Shown here: in pieces, positions 58,601-64,000 of the stretch
Position numbering within the stretch: position 1 is the stretch's first letter
How the letters are laid out: each line of letters starts with the position of its first letter
Assembly (NCBI GenBank): GCA_047495785.1
Contig: JBLDXI010000007.1
Span: 2,294,001 to 2,358,000, forward strand
Origin: Lepidodermella squamata
Taxonomy: Eukaryota; Animalia; Gastrotricha
DNA: 64,000 bases
Direction: 5' to 3'
The notes under the pieces: generated by a model
Told to the model about the DNA's origin: nothing
Database searches by the model: none
The model's input: the letters and a program-made list of their open reading frames with translations, nothing else
Translations under genes and position numbers: made by a program

Positions 58601-60171
58601 TCGTCAAGGTCGCTGCTACCTCCAAGAAATCGGTATTGATTTTATCTGTTTTGGACGGTGTTTTGATTTAGAGGAATCTCCGGGTATACATCAATTTAGT
58701 ATGGCAGTCATTTTCCCGGCCAGGTGGTTAGATAAAGGGGTAATAATTTGGAAAATCATGGCTTTCATGAAAAAATCGCCGAGAACTTTTAATTAACTTC
58801 GAAATGATCGCATTATTGAACTACAGACAGCCGGAAATTCATTTAATATTGACCTGCCAATTTTTCATTTTTGGCAAAGGGCTCGGGTTAGCCGAGGAGA
58901 AAATGTTCCCCAGCATCACAGTTAACCAGGCTGTACCGCCCATTTTTCGAAGAGCAGGAATCCCTAAATTTGGTCGCTGCGGCTTAACTTCGGCCACTGG
59001 CCGAAATTCGGACACTAAGTGCTGTGCAGCAAAAAAAAATTCTAAATTCAGGCGAGGGGGCCATGTCGCTTCTCGAGTGCTTTGTACCATAAACACCCGA
59101 ATTTCAGGCATCATGTCGTCAAGGATAAGCTCTCAGGTAAAGCAACAAAGGCCATTTCCACGTTAGGCGAATTACCGAGGCGAATTTAACGGTATCAAAC
59201 TTAAGGTATTAGTGTAACTGGATGAGGTGGCCGAAATTAGGGCACCCGGTTCCCTATTCCAACAATTCCACATTTTCCAACATATTCTAATTTCAAAGTT
59301 AATTTCCAAATTTTTCGTAATTTTAACGTGATTGTTACGCAACCTAATTAGTCTAATAAAGTCTACAGTTAATCCCCGATCAGAAACTGAACTCGTTTTA
59401 TATACGCAAGAATAAGCTCTTGGTCTTGTTCAGACCGAAAATGTTTTTGGTTTGGTCTTATAAAACTTGGTTTTAATGTAAACTGCTTCGAGAATACCAC
59501 CCAATGTGCCTGAAACCACTTTTCGAACCTTTTCAGGATGACATGATTGATCAGCCAAATTCCAAATAAATCATCTTTAAATTCAGCCTGAAATTCTGTG
59601 TAAGACGCGTTCATCGCTATAGAATTCAGACATTGCCCCAATTTCGTAGAAATATTCGAAAAGTGACCTTTTTCTCATCTAAAATTATGTTCCGCAACAG
59701 GCAAATTCGGTTCCGCTAAAAGATATTCTGATTTTTAAATAGGTTTGATAACAAGGTTTGATTTTTCATTAAAATTACCTTAGAAACCTCGAAATATAGC
59801 ATTTTTTCAAAATAAATAATAACAAAAATACTGTTGGAATTCAAACAACTCGATATCAAAAGAATTCGAAGCAAAAATAAAAAAAACCAACAGTTGCTCC
59901 CAAATTTTCCCAATGGATTCAAAGCATGTTTCTTTGAAGTATGTTGCAATTGGGAATCCAGGACATTTGAAATGATGTTTGGGGTGCCGTCAAGGACGAA
60001 TGTTGGTAATTATTGGGAAAAAAAATTTATTTCGACTAAAATTTTAATTTTAAATTTTAAACATTTTTAAAGGCTGGTAATATTTTTAAGAAATTTCAAA
60101 CTCACTTGAAAGCTTGGCTGGCTGCAAATAACAACAACGCCAAGCAAGGAGAAGACAATTTTCGAAAACAT
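55697..60171 (-). CDS. Putative secreted sushi(CCP)x2 + ankyrin-repeat protein, 2 exons (60171-60106, 57178-55697)
   Basis: Exon 1 MFSKIVFSLLGVVVICSQPSFQ|gtgagt joins in phase 0 to ttcag|ACDLPLV. CCP motifs (ECLQSGSWS, IENG...CYNGFSLVGS...C...GRW...C) are followed by ANK motifs (KLLLKRGANPN, LLKNDADVN, NPLMLAARFG, GKSALVVAAE). The exon 1 link is inferred. Confidence 0.65.
58420..58560 (-). mobile_element. Degenerate internal fragment of the 10367-10857 MITE family
   Basis: TAGTTTCTGCCAGATGGTTCAT is the reverse complement of ATGAACCATCTGGCAGAAACTA at about 10410; GGTAACCCGGCCGATTT mirrors AAATCGGCCAAGTTACC. Confidence 0.65.
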
Positions 60172-61002
60172 GATGACCTATTTACGATGAGCGAAAACTG
60201 CTAATGACTCGTCCCTTACTACTTTAAAGTGGAACACCCATCTCAACGCACGTGGTGACAGGTGCCATATTGCTCGGCTGTAATTTAATTCGCGGCAATC
60301 TCAGTAAACATTTTATTAAGGTGGCCCGCGAACACGCGCGAAAATTATTATGTACGTCACAGATGACGCGAGACAATTCTCTGGTTCCAGGATCCAGGAT
60401 GCTAAAAGAATAAAGCTGAATGGTAACCATAATGCTGAATACTCTAAGCTGATCATTCAACAATTTGCAGGAATTTATTTTCTGGCTAGCCTTCAGTGGT
60501 TTTACGTCCCATTCTTTGTCTTCACGCGTCATGTTCTAGTTTCATGAAAGAAATGAAATAGTTCTGCTCAATCCAGGATAAATGCTCCTTATCAATTTAT
60601 CTCCATCGGAATGAATCTATAAATACACAAAGTGACCAAAACACGAAAGTTGAATGAGAAAATACTCGAAGTAAAAAAAACAGTGAGATAAAAGGGTGCA
60701 TATGAAAGCTTCATGAACCGTCGTTGAATGAAACCCCATGGGCATTCAGCTCGCTTATAGATATTGAAAAGTGCGCGACGTTGCTGCGATACGGCGACGA
60801 GAGTCTGCGAACAAAAAAATACCTAATCAGGGGAAAAAACACTATAGCCACCCTATAATACTTCGAATTCGATTTGAATACTACTTCAGCCATCCTGCTC
60901 TTCAACCCGATTTTTCCTTTAAAGCTCAAATTACATGATTTTTTATCGCAAAATTGCTTTTGTTTATTTCTGAAAAATTATGTCGCTTTTTTTAGACCGA
61001 AA

Positions 61003-62368
61003 AATGACGCTGGTCTCAGCGGCGAGTAGTGGCGAGGCGGGCCCAGGCGTTATAGTCGATTTTCAAGCACAAGACAAATTTCGAGCAGCTAGCGAGCATC
61101 AATTACGCCGTAGTAAGACCAACCCATTCGCAGCGAGTGTCCCGTGCTTGAAAGCCGCGTGTTCGAAGCTAAGCGGCGACCACCAGCGCCGAAATCGCCT
61201 CAACAACGAGCCCGACTACAACATCCACGCTTACGACCCTATTCAAACAGTTCGGCGGTACAACTTCCTGAGGCGACGGCCTATGTTGCTAGCGGCCCAA
61301 CAGGGTGACCAAGCCAGTGTGGCCGCGGAAGCGCCCGGTCCAGCGAATGCGGCTAGGTCGGGGCCGAAAATTGAAAAATTCGAGAGTCCTAGATTTGAAG
61401 CTCAGGAAATTGCGTTGTTACGCCTCCCTATTCCAGCTAACGGCCCTGTGGCTAAGAAGTTATCTTCGATCCAGGACTTGAAGAGTGTCCACGATTTTAA
61501 CGAAGCCGAGGAGGAACGGGCGAAGATGAATGAGTTTAAAACTCGGTTTCGGAAGGTTTTTATTCACGACGAGCATGTTCGGGGTGTTCGCGAGAATGCG
61601 GGCACCCTGGGTCCTTATACTGGTTTGAAGCCGTATGTACCCAGGCCGACTACGCCGAAGCCCAATCCTTATGATCCTTTGATTGTCGATCGGCATCCAG
61701 TTGATGACATCAAATTTCGAACTGATCGCCTCGATTATTGTAAGTTAGGAGCATAAAAAAAATTCAAAAATTCAAATCAAAGTTTAAATTTTAAAATTTA
61801 TTTAAATTAAAACAAAAAAATAATTTAAATTTCAAATTTCAAATTGGAGATTTATTTCAATTTTTTATTCCATTGTTTTTACATTTTTGCAGTTCATTTC
61901 CCGGTTGATGCCGTGGCGTTCCGAGATTTTCTTAACGAAGGCCAAACTTGGTTCAGTACTCAGATTTTTCACGAGCCAAAGTGGGTCAAGCGAAATTACC
62001 TCCCGAAAAAACAGCCAAAGCCTTTCCCACATCTCGAAGACGTCTCTTATACGGTAAAAATTGTCATATTATTTAATCAATTTTTTAGGTATTTTTTTTA
62101 ATTATTTTTCTAGCGCTATCCTCGACCTCGTACTCCGTACTCTCGGTACTTGGAGAAAGTTGCGACCGAGCTTCAATTACCCGGCCCGTTCGACGAGCAG
62201 GACGATAACGCACGTGTGTTAGTTGAGATTGAAGCGAGGTTGCGGCGGCAAAAAACTGAAATAATGGCGGCGACGCGCATCGAACGGCGCCGGGCCGCTC
62301 GTGAAGTGCGCGATGTTGGCGATGACGACGACCTTACATCCCAATCCACACCCGTGTCGAGAAACTAA
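61003..62368 (+). CDS. Uncharacterised Pro/Arg-rich protein, 3 exons (61003-61739, 61893-62053, 62114-62368)
   Basis: GC-richer exons separated by AT-rich GT-AG introns that keep the frame; no domain recognised. Confidence 0.7.
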
Positions 62369-62916
62369 AATAGCCTAATTACAAATTTTAATGTACAAAA
62401 AAATATCGAAAAATCAGTAAAATGGAACAGAGAAATCAAACTGTCTGGGAAAAAGTTTGAGGAGCGCAAATAAAAAAACCATAAAAATCAGAAAAGATTA
62501 AGGAAACTAGCCAAACTTAGTAAACTGAGTCTTTTATTCGTTGCAATTAAGTAATTAATTCTTAATTTGTTTAATATCGTGCAGAAAGGCATAATATATA
62601 TCGAGTTAATTATCGGCTAAATTAAGGTTTCCAGCACTTTCAAGGTTTCCAATCCTTGTTAGACCCCATCAAGTATAATTTAAAACTTTTTTTGAAAATT
62701 CAAAAAGTAATTTGAAAAAATTTAAATTTGAAATCATTTGCGATTTTGGGATATCTGAAAAATCGGAATATTTTAAGAATTTCTGGACTCAAAGTGTCCG
62801 AAATCCCGAGCATTTCGAAAAATTGAGTGCTGATACCTTAATTTTTATAGTGAAATAAAATGTATTGACAGTTTTATGATGACACCAAAGGCTAATTGCT
62901 GTCGGCTAATAATGTG

Positions 62917-63201
62917 TCATTTTTTATGCGTTGCCTGATGATGTTGAGACAGTTCGTTGCGGTACTTGACCTTGCAGCAACAGTCAATTGAGCAATTGCA
63001 CGCATCGTTCGCACATTTGCAATTATTGGCCGAGCAACAGCAATGGCAGTTCAGCTGATCGTCCGATTTGCTTTTCGACATTTTCCGACTCAGCCGGCGT
63101 TCCAGCCTAGGGCTGTATGCTGCTTTCGGGTGGTCCTTTGGCGCAAGTTTTACGCAACACGTAGAAATACCGTTGGCGCAAGTTTCACATTCGCACGGCA
63201 T
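62917..63201 (-). CDS. Metallothionein-like Cys-rich protein (94 aa from ATG 63201)
   Basis: MPCECETC...CC, then a Cys-free linker, then CHCCC...CKC...CNC..CCC and a His-rich tail; 16 Cys. An upstream exon cannot be excluded. Confidence 0.55.
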   Translation of the reverse strand: MPCECETCANGISTCCVKLAPKDHPKAAYSPRLERRLSRKMSKSKSDDQLNCHCCCSANNCKCANDACNCSIDCCCKVKYRNELSQHHQATHKK

Positions 63202-64000
63202 GTTCTCGTTAGGATTTTGGCAGAAATTCAAAAAAATAATAAAAACGGATAGGTTGTGAGAAATTGTTAAAATAATATTATATTATCAACAGAGTTATTT
63301 TAATGATTTTCACTTGAGGTAATCGCTTCTTTTAAGATTATAATGTAAAATCTCTCAAGTTCAAGTATGATGGTTATATTTTGACGTAGTAATTAGAACC
63401 GGCACAATTTCGATTTTTATCCATTCCAGCGCTTGAAACCGCGTTCATTTCATTAATTGTCGGAGGTAGCCAAGATTCGGATGATGAATCTCCGTTTGAA
63501 TAACAATTCTTTGCATCGCTATTGATTTTCGAAGAGGGTATCAGCTTCAGATAGCGAAATACACTGCTTTCTTGCCTCGTGTGATGTAAAAGCGGAATTT
63601 TATCCATTGTGAAAATTGTTAAAATATTGTTTGAATATTTCGGCATTTAAAATCAAACATCAGCTTTTGCGGTTTTATAGACACCTCGCCGGCGTTTATA
63701 TATGTAGAGGTCTGGCAAGTAAAACATCATCACGTGATCCTTCGGCCCAGTCCGTCATGTAAACACGGCTGTAAGCATGTAGTGATTAGCTTATATAATA
63801 ATAATAAAAACGTCGGTCAGGTGAGCGCAGAAAAAAACGAGACGCACGTGATAAGGTGAGTGCTAAATAACATCGGAAAAAAAATTAGAAAAAACATCAC
63901 CTATCAACGCTCAGGAAATTTTCATTGATTGTCAAAAAATTACAGTAAATTCGAAGTAAAATATTTTTGTAATTTTCCGATAAGATTTGAAACGTAACAA

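Noticed and set aside
57250-59950. Short ORFs and repeat-like pieces (TGTAGACC motifs; duplicated CAGGCAAATT.GGTTCCGCTAAAAG at about 57250 and 59700)
   Set aside because: Probably decayed repeats within a large intron; no boundaries, target duplication or coding signal could be established.

Overview
Eukaryotic (animal) genomic DNA from a compact invertebrate genome. Introns are mostly about 45-60 nt, several have GC donors, and splice acceptors often sit just before start codons. This is compatible with an appendicularian tunicate, but the taxon cannot be proven from the window. Host genes: a kinase-pseudokinase-ankyrin gene, a LamG/ConA-like membrane protein, an intronless GABA-B-like class C GPCR, an amidated peptide precursor missed by the ORF track, a sushi-sushi serine-protease homologue, an ankyrin protein, four tandem secreted LamG-like/EGF genes plus relics, an intronless Cys-loop channel subunit, a putative secreted sushi-ankyrin protein, an unknown 3-exon gene and a metallothionein-like ORF. 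About ten MITE/foldback elements are scattered between and within genes. The standout is a 7,841-bp TTAA-flanked piggyBac element (47688-55528) with an intact spliced DDD transposase and cargo genes. The cargo comprises a Kar5/GEX1/Brambleberry-like nuclear-membrane-fusion protein, a single-pass membrane protein ending in an AT-hook (plus a decayed paralogue) and a BEN-like protein. Together these suggest a transposon-borne nuclear-envelope/chromatin module. All domain calls are by eye, not from database searches.
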